A stretch of 62,801 nucleotides of DNA, counting the filler, from Folioceros fuciformis (Eukaryota): the NCBI GenBank assembly GCA_049999805.1. It is 6 parts of 6 records of this genome, joined end to end, with 100 filler letters (N's around TTAATTAATTAA, not from the genome) between each part and the next. Parts side by side here need not be neighbours in the genome. Positions count along the whole stretch, not along the records: positions 49,523 to 55,091 come from JBNGIO010004418.1; positions 55,192 to 62,801 come from JBNGIO010004422.1; 4 more parts are not named here. One strand, 5' to 3'. The notes under the pieces were generated by a model. It made no database searches, had not been told where the DNA came from, and saw only the letters and a list, made by a program, of their open reading frames with translations. Each line of letters starts with the position of its first letter. The first letter of the stretch is position 1. This document shows positions 49,523 through 62,599 of this stretch, one piece after another. Made by a program: the position numbers and the translations under genes.

Positions 49523-50949
49523 GGCCCAGCTCCCGCACCCTGCCCCCTCCTCCCCCGGGGGCCTGCACCTGCACCTGCACCGGGGACAGGAATCCGCTGG
49601 ACCCCAAGAGCGGGCTGCGATTGCTGCAGAGAGAGCAGGAGGAGGCAGCCCCATCCCGCAACCTGCTGCTCCCCTGCAGCGCCGCCGCCATGGAAGAAAC
49701 TCACTCCAATTCCCTCCCACCGCCCGCTCTCACAATGCAAGGAAGTGGCAGCGGCGCCGGCGCCGCATCCCGCACGCGTTGCGCTGTGCTGTGCTGTGCT
49801 CCACCGCAGCGCGGCAGCGCTCTCTCACCACCTCCCGCTGTACTAGCCGCCTGCTCTTTGCTGTACCCAGCCGGCTATGGCGGACACCGGGCTGTGGAGG
49901 ACACTGACCTCGGGTTCCTGGGATCCCTCCGACCTGGAGCCGTGGTCAGCCGCGGGAGCGGGTAGGGGGGAAGCGCAGGCTGGCCTGCCCTCTTTGGGCC
50001 CACATTATCCGGCAATTCGCAAATTTGCAACGGGCTGCCAATGCCATTTGCTCGCAAATCGTATGGCCAGGGGAGCATGGCATAGCGGCTCCTATCCCTC
50101 CCATCTTTCTTCGCGATCTGCCATGCTGTACCCCAGCCAATGGTGACCCTCATCCCATCGCTCATGGCCTGCCAGTCTCCTGTCGCACAGCCAAGTGTCT
50201 CTTCTTCCTGCCACCACTGTTGACGACCGTTTGCAACTTTCGTAACTCCGTTGGGCTAAACTTCCATCCCTCTCCTAACTGCTCTTCCTCCTAACCACGT
50301 GAACCCCCTAGTCCACTAGAGTTTCATCTTCCGAACACACCATGACCCGACCCCAGCACAACTAGTGGCTGCTATCCGTGCTACTTCCAATGTACTTGGT
50401 GACACACCTCGGATATAGCACACAGACATCTTCTGACCTTCTTGTGCCGTTTCTGGGCTCTCTTTTTTTTAATATGAATGCGTGCAAAATGTATACCTAC
50501 AGGTGGAGAGCGAGCTGAACTGCTCCTTCCCCCTGCGCCCCTCAAGGCATGAATCTCCTCGGTTGCCTTTTGCAGGGTGGGCCTTTTCCATCATTGTTTC
50601 TCTCTGTAGTACTTGAAAAACCAAAAGAGATACCATGTTTTTCCCACCATCCCTCGCACAATGTCTCCTACTACTTCAAGCCTTTGACATGATCTTCGTG
50701 GAAGTGTGACATGCTGTGCCCTTGTGTAGTTTCCTCGATACACCCGAGGTGTCCCACTCGTTGTGTTCAAAGAGCCAGGGCCAGGGCTGATATAGTATCG
50801 CGCATACCCACAAAGCACAATATTCCGTGTCCTGGCTTCTGACACCAACCTTTCGTAGAGTAAAATGGCTTCGCTGCTTCCTCAGACCACCTCTCGTGCT
50901 CTCTGCCTTGACCGCAATATCCTATCTCCGACCACTCAGCGATGCATCA

Positions 50950-51700
50950 GTTTCTTAGTCTCACCTGTGGACACTGCAGGGGACTCTTAGTGCCAGCTAC
51001 TGCTGCTTTTGCTGATGTTTCAATCCTGTCTACATCACTCCACCTACCTGCATCTGCGGCATGAGCACATATGCGAGTGCGTCCTGGGGGTCCAGCCTAA
51101 CCATGCTTTGGAAGCAACACATCACCGTCTCTGTCTGGGTTCAGTCCCGTGACCTTTGCAGGCATTCGACAACGACGTCAAGGTTGATGCACAGCATTAC
51201 TTTCATCCTCACATGACAGAGGCTTTTACAAGCATCTTCTCAGACTACCTCACGTAGATGACCTGCACGCACAAGAAGATGAATTACGAGCTCAATAGTT
51301 GCTGCTCCGCCATTGAATGACGGTGCTTGCAACTCTCGTGGACTATACTCGTACCCGTGACTGCAAGCTGCGACCAGACGAGACGTGGAAGTACTCGCAG
51401 CATCGGGCTGTGGACCGGCAGGTAACGTCTCCTCCAGGTAGTGCTCTCTGACCATCGTCACAAGTACCACAGCCAGGTGTCAGGGCATTCCATGTCACGG
51501 AAATTCTCTCGACGTCTTCGTGCCATGAAAAACCTGGCGAGTACCTCCCGGCTCAGGACAGTCTGCGTACATGTCCACTAAGCGGGTGCGCACCCTGGCC
51601 AACAAAGGTGAAGAGCTCCTGTGATGGAAGAAGGAAGGCATCAAGAGACCAGGTTTCGTGTCGTGGCGCACTGGCAGGAGGCAGTGGCCAGTGAGCAGGA
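50950..51700 (-). pseudogene. Degenerate PLS-class PPR (P2-L2-S2-E) pseudogene
   Basis: Broken frames read RLVDMYADC..TRQVF, AGPQPD..LVAACSHG, HLLVRAGHLREV and ADAGRWSDVDRI, in the order of a PLS PPR C-terminus, with stops and frameshifts. Confidence 0.65.
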
Positions 51701-52599
51701 CTTCAGAATGCAGCTGCCCGCCCAGCCCGGGGCGAGCAGATGGTGGAGGGTCTGGTGATGGAAAATGGCATCGTGCAACGTGAGGTACAAAACTGGTCAC
51801 GTTGGCAGGAAGCAGGAGCGAGGGACTGTGCAGCGTAACCCAGGGCTTCAGGAGCAGGCTTGGAACAGTGGGTCAGAACTGCAGGGCTCCCNNNNNNNNN
51901 NNNNNNNNNNNNNNNNNNNNNNNNNNNNNNNNNNNNNNNNNNNNNNNNNNNNNNNNNNNNNNNNNNNNNNNNNNNNNNNNNNNNNNNNNNNGGGAATCGT
52001 GGTGCTCATGCACCACGGAGCATCGTAGCCGAGGAGCTATCGCTTACTCGCAGAGGCGCAATTAGGACTCGTTCCCTCTGTCATTATCTAGCATGCTTCT
52101 GTCCCAATCCATCAATCTGGATTCCCTCTCCTTACATCCAGGTACGAAATGGACAAGAGAATTACGTGGTCTCCCTACGAGACAGACACACCCCGATGTT
52201 GGCAACCTCATCAGGCCTTGCCTTGGTTCCCCATGATGATCCCTCTGAGACACGGTACCTATTGGGGGTGGACTAGACTCCGTGCAGGAGTTCGAGGGTC
52301 AGAACTCAGTACACACATCCGACTACAAGAAATGGACAGTCACGTTGGAAAAAGTCGCTTTGGAAAAGTCCATACTCGCATGCAGCTTGCAAGTTCTGCA
52401 TACTATGCAATCTCCTCTATTGATTGCATGCCTCCAAATGCGAAGTACCTCAGCCAGAAACTTGATCATGTATCACTCCCTGCCAGTAGACGTTGCGAGC
52501 CTAAAGTTGCATCAAGTAGAAGTTATTGTGGATGTGAACTCTTAGCATCCAAATTTTTTTCGTGGGTCCACATAGCTGCTAAGGAACCAATCCACAAAG

Positions 52600-54822
52600 C
52601 TGCAAAACAAAGCTTACTTTCTCATTGAACATACATCTTCCTGGTAGGGTTTGAGCATCACTTTCTACATCCCAAGATGTTGCCAACTTCAACCAATCTT
52701 TATCATAAGCTTCAAAATCCAGAGCTAAGAACATTCATGCAATACATCAGCATTAGCTTAGCTCAAATGAATACAATCAAATCCTATTGAACCAAAGCTA
52801 TTAGATGTAAAGTACTTCATGAAGACAAGGTGGAAGAATACAAACCTGAAGTCCATTTCAGAAGCTCAAAATCATGAGAAGAGTCCAAATCTTTCAAGAT
52901 GGTACTCTTGGTCTTTACAGGTTTGTCATGGTCATCTAAACAAAGTTCATGCACCACACATACAAACCCATAGAATCAACATAACCTATACATAGAGAAA
53001 ACATAAGATGGGAAACTCATCTACCCCTAAAGAGAGACAAGACAAACCACCAAAGGTGACTAGGCCAAATAAAGCTAGGCTAAACTGCAGACCAAGATTC
53101 AAACAATAATCATATCTTCATGAGAATATGTTCAAAAATTTGACCTTCTTCGACTTCAGCAAGACGGCCCTCAGTGTACCTGTACAGGTACCCATTTCTA
53201 AAATTTGTTAGCGCATAACTAAAGCTTTGATCGTCCATTAAACCTTCTTACAATCTGGAATCTTCTTACAATTTCATTAACCATGCTCTCTTCTTCTGTC
53301 GCACTTTTTTAGCTCTACATTCTCTTCTCATCACCAACATGTGTGGGAATGTCTCTCTAAATATGTCAAGCATAAAGCTCTTCATAAATACATTCCAAAT
53401 AAACTTCGTTCTTATAAGAAAAACAAACACATGCATACAGTCATGAGACAAATGCCAACCTACACTTGTTTTGCAGCAGAATCTATAAGCGCAGAAGGAC
53501 AAATCTGCATCCAGTATGTGGAGGTCACCAATCTCCACCCATTATTCTCCCACCGCTTATACATATCTGTTATATGAAACAGAGATTACAGATGCACAAA
53601 CATTTGATAATTCAACCCTTTTGTGCAAACAGCTTCATTACATATAAACCACTTCACAAACGATACCCATATAATGAACCTGCATTTTCATCTTTGCAAG
53701 GAGCATACTGCCGCGGACTAAACGCTCCCATATCCACAACAGGCCTATGTGTGTATATTTTATACAACATCTGATGAGAGTTTGATTAGTTTCAAGACAA
53801 CATGTTGTTTCTTCTGCAAATCACAATCAGTATGGAACAACATACCAACAAAATTGATCCTCACCAAAGGTGGAAATGATATCCCACTGAGTCGGAAACG
53901 AATGTGTAATCCGGCAGCCTTGTCTGCTAGACTTGCCTATAGGTATAGAAAACAGGACTCATATCCATAAACTCCATTAACAGAAACAGAACAAGGCGAA
54001 TTAGAATACATGAACATCAAGAGAAAGATGTGCTTCCACAAGAAGTGTACCTCAACAGGATTTAACCCACATCGCAAGAGAAAGTTGGGTGCAACATTCT
54101 CCCGATGAAGTATCATGTCTCGATAGTACCGGTACACCTTCTTGTCCTGTTTTGTGTGGATCAACCAACATTCTTGGATCAGTAACCAAGAACTAGTCCA
54201 ACAAGACAAGCATCAACTTACTTACTTGGANNNNNNNNNNGTCCAACAAGACAAGCATCAACTTACTTACTTGGAATGAATGCCAACATCGTTGTATTCT
54301 TTGAGCAGCTGAGTTTTGAGTTCGTTTGGATCTCTTCCTTCGTGGGTTTGCTCTATAAATGTGCCAACATCTTTGAATAACTTGAGCAGCCCGCCTCTGC
54401 AATATACCAAGTTATATTGTTCTACTACATGTGCACTTTCAGCTGGTGACTTCAAGCTGTTCATTACGCCAAGCCAAATTATACCCTTTATTTAGAATGA
54501 AAAAATATTTTACAGGAGGAAGCTCTAAGCTACATTCAAACTTTATTACCTTGGTTTGGAAGTAAGAGAAAGCTATTCTTCCTCTCCACCAAGCTTGCAC
54601 TTTGATAACATTCCATAAGTAAAACCAATCAGGTTCTTTGATTGGTGGGATAAATTCTACTCCATCTCCACCACTTTGGCTTGAAATTGTTGATTCTGGT
54701 GTTTTTGGAGGACTGAAAAATGATCTGTATTCAATGTTGTCTGAGAACCGCACTTTAGATAGGCTAGCTTTCTTGGGTTTTTTCCCTTTCAATCCTTTGA
54801 TATCCATTGGAGAGCTTTTCAA
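52600..54822 (-). CDS. IQ-motif protein of the MFI/C11orf65 family; multi-exon, boundaries approximate
   Basis: IQ motifs (IKVQAWWRG, AAQVIQRCW, AAQRIQRCW) are followed by FRLSGISFPP, LYKIYTHRPVVDMGAFSPRQY (~53770-53705), YKRWENNGWRLV (~53560-53525), KKRAWLMKL and ELLKWTS..LDFEAYDKDWLKLATS (~52870-52675). Confidence 0.75.
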
Positions 54823-55091
54823 ATCTCAACAAGCTCAAGAAGTAGCTGGAATAGAAGTTTCTTGATCTTGTCTTTGCTACACCTTATAAATATGAAAAAG
54901 TCTGCACCATAATGTCAACAACATATGGTTGTACAAAATATAAAAAATGTTAACAACATATGGTTGTACAAAATATAAAAAAAACATCTAAAAATAAAGG
55001 TTAGGGCACGTACACTATGTAGCATGACCATTTATGTGAAGTATTAAACTACAATACAATAAAGCGCTAACCTACCCTAACTTCAAGCCCC

Positions 55092-55191
55092 NNNNNNNNN
55101 NNNNNNNNNNNNNNNNNNNNNNNNNNNNNNNNNNNTTAATTAATTAANNNNNNNNNNNNNNNNNNNNNNNNNNNNNNNNNNNNNNNNNNNN
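55092..55191. other. Artificial scaffold linker
   Basis: TTAATTAATTAA at 55136-55147, flanked by N44. Confidence 0.97.
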
Positions 55192-56871
55192 GGGTAAAGC
55201 ACCTCAGCCCCCAGGTAGTGGTCCACCTCCACCTCCTGGGTTTGCTCTTCCTCCTCCAGGAAAATTTGGAAAAGGTGGCCCAGCATTGTCAGTACAGTTA
55301 CCTCCGGAACAGACACCAGCAGCCAAGCTGAAACCTTTGCACTGGGAGAAGATAAAAGCGAATCCTGGTCACTCGATGGTGTGGGATAGACTTCGAACTG
55401 GCTCTTTCTCGTGAGTGCAGTCCTATCTCCAGGGTCTTGTATACTTTCATTCTGTTCTTTTTTGTCAAGTGTTTTGACAGCATCATGTGAAATTTGTCCT
55501 TGCAGGCTAGATGAGGAAATGATGGAATCTCTATTCGGCTTCAAACCTGCTGCTGCTACAAGTTCGGCGCCATCCAAGCCAAGCAAGGCAGAAAAGCCAG
55601 CCACTGTCTCTCTTATAGATGCAAGGAAAGCTCAAAATATCGCTATTCAACTGAAAGCTTTGGGCCTAACCAAAAATGATGTCATTGATGGACTGCTTGA
55701 AGGTTAGTAGTGGTACTCCTGGTTCTACTGTCTGGATGTGGACGTACGCTCTCCGCCTAACATGAACTGTCTGTATTTAGGGACTGGGCTAGCCCCAGAC
55801 ATTTTGGAAATCCTGGTGAAGATGGCTCCTGCGGATGATGAAGTGAAAAAGCTTAAGGGATTTCAAGGCGATGTGTCAACTCTTGGACCTGCCGACAGGT
55901 TCCTCAAAGCACTCCTTGAGATTCCTTGTGCATTTCAACGGTTTCGAGCTATGCTTTACCGCTCATCGTATGAGGAGGAGGTCTCTCAAGTGCAGAAAGC
56001 AATCCGTGTACTGGAGGTGGGATTTATGCTCATTGCATGTGAAGAGCTTGATGTGACTGGGCATAAGGTTGTGACTCGTCCATTATATTTTGACTGAGAA
56101 CTTTGATTCATTCTGCTGCAGCTTGCAAGCCTGGAGCTTCGAAACAGTAGCACTTTTGAGAAGCTGCTAGAAGCAGTGTTAAAGACTGGAAATCGAATGA
56201 ACATGGGGACATACCGGGGTGGTGCGACCGCATTCAAGCTGGACTCCCTTTTGAAACTATCAGATGTGAAAGGTACAGATGGGAAAACTACTCTACTCCA
56301 GTTTGTCCTACAGGAGATAATGCGGAAGGAAAGTGCACGGGCATCAGAGGAAGGCACGCCAAGGTCACAGCCATCCACACCATCGGCTGCTTTCACTCCC
56401 AAATTGTCTGGTGGAGGTTCAGAGAGTCATAAGCATATGGGCTCAAAAGTGGTTCTGAATCTTAGCTCAGAGCTTGCGAATGTCAAAAGGGCTGCAGCAC
56501 TAGACACGGATTCGTTGAAGAATTCCGGCCAAAAGTTGGTGAATGGATGTGAGCAGACCCAGCATCTGCTAAGTCAAATTGCAAGTCAGCTACAGGGGAG
56601 CACTGGTGAGGACACAAGCTATGACCCGTCAGAAGATGTGTTTGACAGGAACATGAAGGACTTCGTGGATAAAGTGGACAGTGAGGTTAAGAAGCTCGTG
56701 GAGGACCTGAATGCAGCTTTTGAGGGTGCTAAAAGGGTGAATAGATACTTCAACGGCCAGACGCCCACTGATGACAAGCAACCTCTGAAGGTGTTCCAAG
56801 TAGTGAGTGATTTCCTTGTGATGCTGGAGAAGGCCTGCATGGATGTGATGCCACCTGTGAAGAAGTCTTGA
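55192..56871 (+). CDS. Formin (FH1 remnant plus FH2 domain), 5'-truncated; four visible exons
   Basis: Poly-Pro, then KLKPLHWEKI..SMVWD, LDEEMMESLFG, IDARKAQNIAI and LKTGNRMNMGTYRGGATAFKLDSLLKLSDVKGTDGKTTLL. The stop is at 56869-56871. Confidence 0.93.
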
Positions 56872-57659
56872 AGGGAGTATTTGGCTCGGGAGGAAATTGT
56901 GTCACGAACGCAAAGCAATTGTGGCATTGTACCTTTCCGCTTGGAACCAGGAGGCCACCACGAGTGTGATGAAGCAACGAGCCGGTCTTCTACTGTGAAA
57001 CTTACGTCCATCCAGTTTACTGGTGTGACGATCCTATTGCGACCGATGGAGTGACTATACTAGTTGGCACTGTTGCTGCAATGTTCCACTGGCACGTGCT
57101 TGCAATGCCACGTTTCTTGTGGCATTGTTAGAGTGGAGTGGAATGCGTTTTCTGTATATATCCCCGAGTGAGCCAGTATATCCCGTTGAATCTTGTGGTG
57201 CTCTGGACATGAACATTGTCAGGTATCTGCAAGGTGCTGTACGTTTCTATTTATCAGTAGCTGCATCCTTCCTTCGTGATTGATTGCCTCAGGACAGGAA
57301 CCGAGATTGGTTTAGCCTAGAGGCTGTATCGTTATGGAGCACGACACCGGTACAGTATTCAGATTTGGCTAGAGGGAAACAGGAGCTGTCTTCAGGCCTC
57401 CACTGAAAGTGAGCTAGCCTGTGTCCGAGGACTTTTATGTATAGTGGCGTCTGGCACCACTGGTGGCTGAGTAGCTAGGTCTGCGTTCCCTGTTGTACTC
57501 TGTTTTAGGTTATTGAGTGGCTGACACCACCATTAATTTTGCAGGGCTTGAAATTCAATAGATCATTAAGTGTGTTACCTACCTTTCATCGCCGAGTACG
57601 CAGGGCATCTTTGCTGTTGGCCAGGGATCTTCATTTGTGTGTACAACGGCGAAGAATTA

Positions 57660-59853
57660 GGATCCCGTTGCTGCAACTTGTTGATCGCTTGCTGGGCATT
57701 CTCCCGCAAGGGTACCCAACTCGTAGCCATCTAGATCTTCCATCACCAACATCTTCGTGCGGTGTATAGCGTTTACCTTGAGTGGGTTGAAGCTTGCATG
57801 GAACCACTCATCGAGCGTATCCGGATATGATTTCGTCCATGACACCATATCAGTCGTTGAGTCTAGGGTTCCAGCAGGCTCCCGTATCTTGCTTGCTTTC
57901 CCCAGATTACACGCATGTTCAAAACATGGCAACATCCAGCGTCTTCCGTGTTCGGAAGGGTAGCGTGGGCACCGGCCGACGTGGTTCGGCAACAATTAAC
58001 ACGTGATGTTCTGTATGCGTTTCCTAAGGGAAGGGCGGCAAGGGCCCAAGGTACCCTTCTCTGCAGCATCAAGGGCATCCGGCAACATTGCTGCTCCATG
58101 AACGTGTACGTCGGCCCTCTGCAGCATCAAGGGCATCCGGCAACATTGCTGCTCCATAAACGTGTATGTCGGCCCTCTGCAGCTTATCACAAGCTGGGGA
58201 GAGCTCGTCTGGTAGCAATGTATCTTTTGAGGTGAGTCCCTTCCAACCAAGCACGTTGCAGGCTACATTATCTCCGTGTGCCACCAACACTTTCTAGTAG
58301 CACACCTTGAAGAAATCTGCTCCATAATAATCTGACGAGGAAAGCTCCAGTTGCAGCCCGGCACTGGGAATTGGAGATGGCTCTTTGTAACGGAATGAAC
58401 ATAACCCTCTCCCTGCCTCCTTGCTCATACGTGGCTGCACATCTGCTGCCACGCAACGGCCATACCAGCGTGCTCCTCCGTTCTCGTTCTGGAGGAGCTG
58501 CCACAGCCAATCTACACCAGGATGTGCGAAGCCAGTGGGCGAGGGCTTTGGTGCAGTCCCAGAATAAGCAGTTGCGGCTGCCGCATCTTACGCTGGTCAC
58601 CCAGCAAGCTACGGTGGACGGGCAAGAGCTGAGTGCTCTCCTAGCTGCAACCAGCCAGACCTGTGAAATGTTTTCCAGACTCTCCAGCGAGGTGCCCTCG
58701 CAATCCTGCATTTTGCCGAGCTCTGGAGTTGCCTCTTGACCATCTCTGCCCTCTCAGGACGGCGCTTTGCAAGATGTGGATGTGGTCAAACTGCGCCGCG
58801 CTCTGCAGCACAGCACCGTGGTAACGGCGATGTATGTCGAAGGACCGATCCCCGATGACTACATGCAGAAGGACTGTCCGGAGGAAGGTCGTCCGGCCAG
58901 TCAACGGTGGAAGGAGCCCTTGTTACCATCCAGCTCCTCCCACCGATGCTTGGTCGGCTTCGGCCGTTCCACATCTGATCAGGCCCTCACAGCATCCGTC
59001 TACGACCTTGCTGTACGTACACTGGTGTTCTGCGCAGTTCTTGCACTCTGCCTGCTCTAACTGCTGATGCCGCGTACGCAGAAGCGTGATCTGATGGTGC
59101 GAACGGTCTTCAGGAAGCACCATCGTTTCGGCGGATGGGAATCGGAGAACGGATTCTTCAACGAATCTAGCTCTATGCACTCCTTTACTGCCCGAAATCC
59201 CTTCCAGACAAACCATTCACAGCTGTGTGTTATCGATGCAGGGAGCTTCTCCGGAAGGCAATTTCAGACATCGCGGTGCTATCGTCCAACGAGCTCAGGT
59301 AAGTTTCGGCCATAGGTTACATGTGCATAGATTGGAAACAACGGCATCGGTGTCCACTGATGTGCTTGGAAGCCAATAAAGCTGTATTCTGCTCTACATG
59401 GCGACAGGCCCTTCTTTGTGTCTTGCAGCTTCGGAAATGACTTTCTAAGCTCGACAGCTGTGGCTCATACCCAACGTGATCAAACAAGAACCTCGGGTGG
59501 GATCGCCTAGATGTCGTCTTCGGTTTCCAGCAACACCAAGTGGGCATATCATAGCATAGGCCCTTACGTGAAGGGTCTGATGGGGCCATTTTGTCCCCTT
59601 TGTGGGTCTCCCCCTTGTGAGTGCACCCTGTCGTAAGCTGGAGGCCCTCTACTCCGCCACCTGTCCTTGGGTGCTGGGGATGGGGTCCCTCTACTTGTGC
59701 CAATGGTGTTGTCCACCCGGACCGGGGCAGTCAGGAATATTTATTTCCAGTCTACCCGTCTACTGTACTAGGCATTTTGCAAGCCACACCGAGGCCGGGC
59801 CCACGCTGTTGGTTTTGGACTTTCGTAACGGCGTCGGTCGCTCCGGCGACCTG
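57660..59853 (+). CDS. Possible multi-exon gene of unknown function
   Basis: A series of open, coding-like blocks is bounded by AG/GT (for example ~58300-58691, 58759-59013 and 59082-59297). No recognised domain; it runs into the gap at 59854. Confidence 0.35.
58059..58183. repeat. 58-bp tandem duplication, two copies plus a partial
   Basis: ctctgcagcatcaagggcatccggcaacattgctgctccat.aacgtgta.gtcggcc occurs at 58059 and 58117. Confidence 0.9.
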
Positions 59854-61005
59854 NNNNNNNNNNNNNNNNNNNNNNNNNNNNNNNNNNNNNNNNNNNNNNN
59901 NNNNNNNNNNNNNNNNNNNNNNNNNNNNNNNNNNNNNNNNNNNNNNNNNNNNNATTATGGAGAAACGTAAAAGTGAAAGCATGGTACAATCTTGAAGGTA
60001 TGGTGTAGGATGTACAATATGATCTGCTTACATAATAATATATCCTAACTTTTCTATTAATATGATTTGTGGCCCTTTGTCTACTAGTTCATTAAGAGGG
60101 GCTGTTTATTATATTATATTCATAGATTAATAGATTTGTTATTAAAGTTTTTATGTGTCAAGACATAAGAGCGAGTCTCTTATGTGTTTTCACAAATATG
60201 TCATAAGGTAAAAATCTTATGTCATAACAATGATGGTAAGTACATAAGTAATGCTTCTCAAGAATAGAGATCCACCACCAGCTCACCATGTCGTACACTC
60301 CTACTTAAAACTCATTTGCGAAGAGGAAAAATTAGGCATTTTAGCATCTCTTACTTTTGCTAGTTTATCTCATAGATATTGGATTGGGGCATTGATAGCT
60401 GCTAACTATGTGCTCAACGAACTACCTTCTAAGGAGCTTGGTTTGACTATTTGTTTTGAGATATGGACAAGACACAAGCCTTGCATTGGGTACTTGCATA
60501 TATTTAAATAACCCGCTTCTATTTGGATGACCCGGCTTATGCTTATGTTTATGCTTATGTATTTGTTGCTACTAGGTCATAAGATGAACTTGAAGGTTGT
60601 ACATATGATTTTGTAGGTTACTCCAATGATGTGAAGGGTTAGAAGTAATTTGATCCCATTGCCCGCCAAGTGACCATTTCACGTAGTGTGTTTTTCTAAG
60701 ATATTTTGCTTTGTCAACATGTTGCTTAACTCACTCCTAGAGCACCAATGCCTCCACCCTCTGGTGTTTTAGACNNNNNNNNNNNNNNNNNNNNNNNNNN
60801 NNNNNNNNNNNNNNNNNNNNNNNNNNNNNNNNNNNNNNNNNNNNNNNNNNNNNNNNNNNNNNNNNNNNNNNNNNCCTTCCATGTTGCAATTGGTTATGAA
60901 TACTCTATTTTTCTATAGTTGGCCATTAACACTATTGTACTTGAACTTACACATAATAAAGCCAATGAAGAGCCTCCTCACGTTGCCAAGTCTTCACCTT
61001 ATATT

Positions 61006-61175
61006 CCTCCTTGGGCTGCACCTTCTATGTTGCACTTGGTTATTGGTTATGAACACCCTCCTTGTCCTTGGGCTGCACCTTCTATATTGCACTTGGTTAT
61101 TGGTTATGAACACCCTCCTTGTCCTTGGGCTGCACCTTCTATGTTGCACTTGGTTATTGGTTATAAACACCCTGT
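61006..61175. repeat. 57-bp tandem repeat, three copies
   Basis: The unit is ccttgggctgcaccttctatgttgcacttggttattggttatgaacaccctccttgt. Confidence 0.88.
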
Positions 61176-61209
61176 TCTTCTATAGGTGGCTAATAACACT
61201 ATTGTGCTT

Positions 61210-61610
61210 AAACCTACACATAATGAAGCCAATGAAGAGCCTCCTCAAGTCTTACGCTGTTCTATTACACATTATTCTCCAAGGTCAAAGTGGAAAGAGC
61301 TTACACATAATGAAGCCAATGAAGAACCTCTCAAGTCTTACAATGTTCTACCTAGACATCATTCTCTAAGATTAAAGTGGAAAGAGCTTACATATAATGA
61401 AGCGAATGAAGAACCTCTCAAGTCTTACGATGTTCTACGTAGACATCATTCTCTAAGATTAAAGTGAAAAGAGCCTACACATAATGAAGCAAACGAAGAG
61501 CCTACACATAATAAGCAAACGAAGAGTCTACACATAATGAAGCAAAACAAAGAACCTCCTCAAGTATTACATCATTTTCCTAGATATCGTTCTCTAAGGT
61601 CAAAGTGGAA
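61210..61610. repeat. ~90-bp tandem repeat with ~28-bp sub-repeats
   Basis: aaagtggaaagagcttacacataatgaagccaatgaagaacctctcaagtcttac recurs, with shorter ctacacataatgaagcaaacgaagag units at ~61470-61550. Confidence 0.8.
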
Positions 61611-62599
61611 CTTTCTATAAGGCCAAAGTGGAATGAGTCTAATTATCAATCCCTCATTTTTAATGAGATTTGGGTTTTGTAGATCTTTCTCTTTATTATA
61701 AACTAGTTATTTGTAAATTGATTTTCAAGAATGAATTTAATATTTATGGTAATGTTGCTAAGTATCAGGCTCAACTTGTGGCAGAGAGATATTATTAAGT
61801 AGGAAGGTTAGGCTACAATGAAACATTTGCTCTAATTGTTAAGTCTATTTGTATGAGAATATTTATAGCTATGAGAATATTTATATATTTATTTCATTAA
61901 AGAGCCTACTAAAGATTGTTAACTTTAAAAAAAAATTATGATCCTTTCACAATTATCTTATAAATAGAATCAAATGGTATATGCCTTGTTGATAGAATTG
62001 GGTTTTCACATGCTTGAATGCTAATAACAATGTAGATGATAATGTAGTATTTCACCACTATTAATGACCAGAATTAAATCAATTCTTTTCATGAGATTTG
62101 ATATGGCTGATTTGAAACAATTATTAACAATACTATCATGAATATTCAATTTCATTTTAACAATTTGATAATACTATTGATATTCATTGAGCATTTTGCA
62201 TATGAAGAATGCAAGACCATATATAAAAAATACAAGACCAGTCTTCACACCTGAAAAACTATCAAAGAAATTAATACTTTAATAGCTTTTGGAATATATT
62301 GCATTATAGCATTATATTGCCCAACAACAAAAGAAAAAAAGAAAAAAACATTTAAGCCTTATAGGCAAGTTTTTTTTGTTGTTTAATCTACCTACTAAGT
62401 TGAACTCAATTAGACACTACATGACGATAGTAATGTAAGTCAATACTTAGAAAACCTTGACAAGCAATGACGAAAATTTTCACATATCTCAAACGAATAG
62501 TGCACAAAGGTAAAAGAATTGAAAAATTAAATCAATTCTTTTTACACTTTTCTAAACAACCAAATGACGTGCGGCTAATGTCTTTTTGTGATGCTAACG

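Larger units (their letters stand above)
60230..62200 (+). mobile_element. Highly decayed Ty1/Copia remnant
   Basis: Integrase tail AANYVLNELPS..FEIWTRHKP, then FVGYS..KG..FDP, and an RT-start-like KYQAQLVA..NETFA near 61760-61835, with many stops. Confidence 0.65.

Noticed and set aside
49523-50600. GC-rich ORFs at the scaffold start
   Set aside because: They resemble a 5' UTR or first exon with simple repeats and no recognisable protein.
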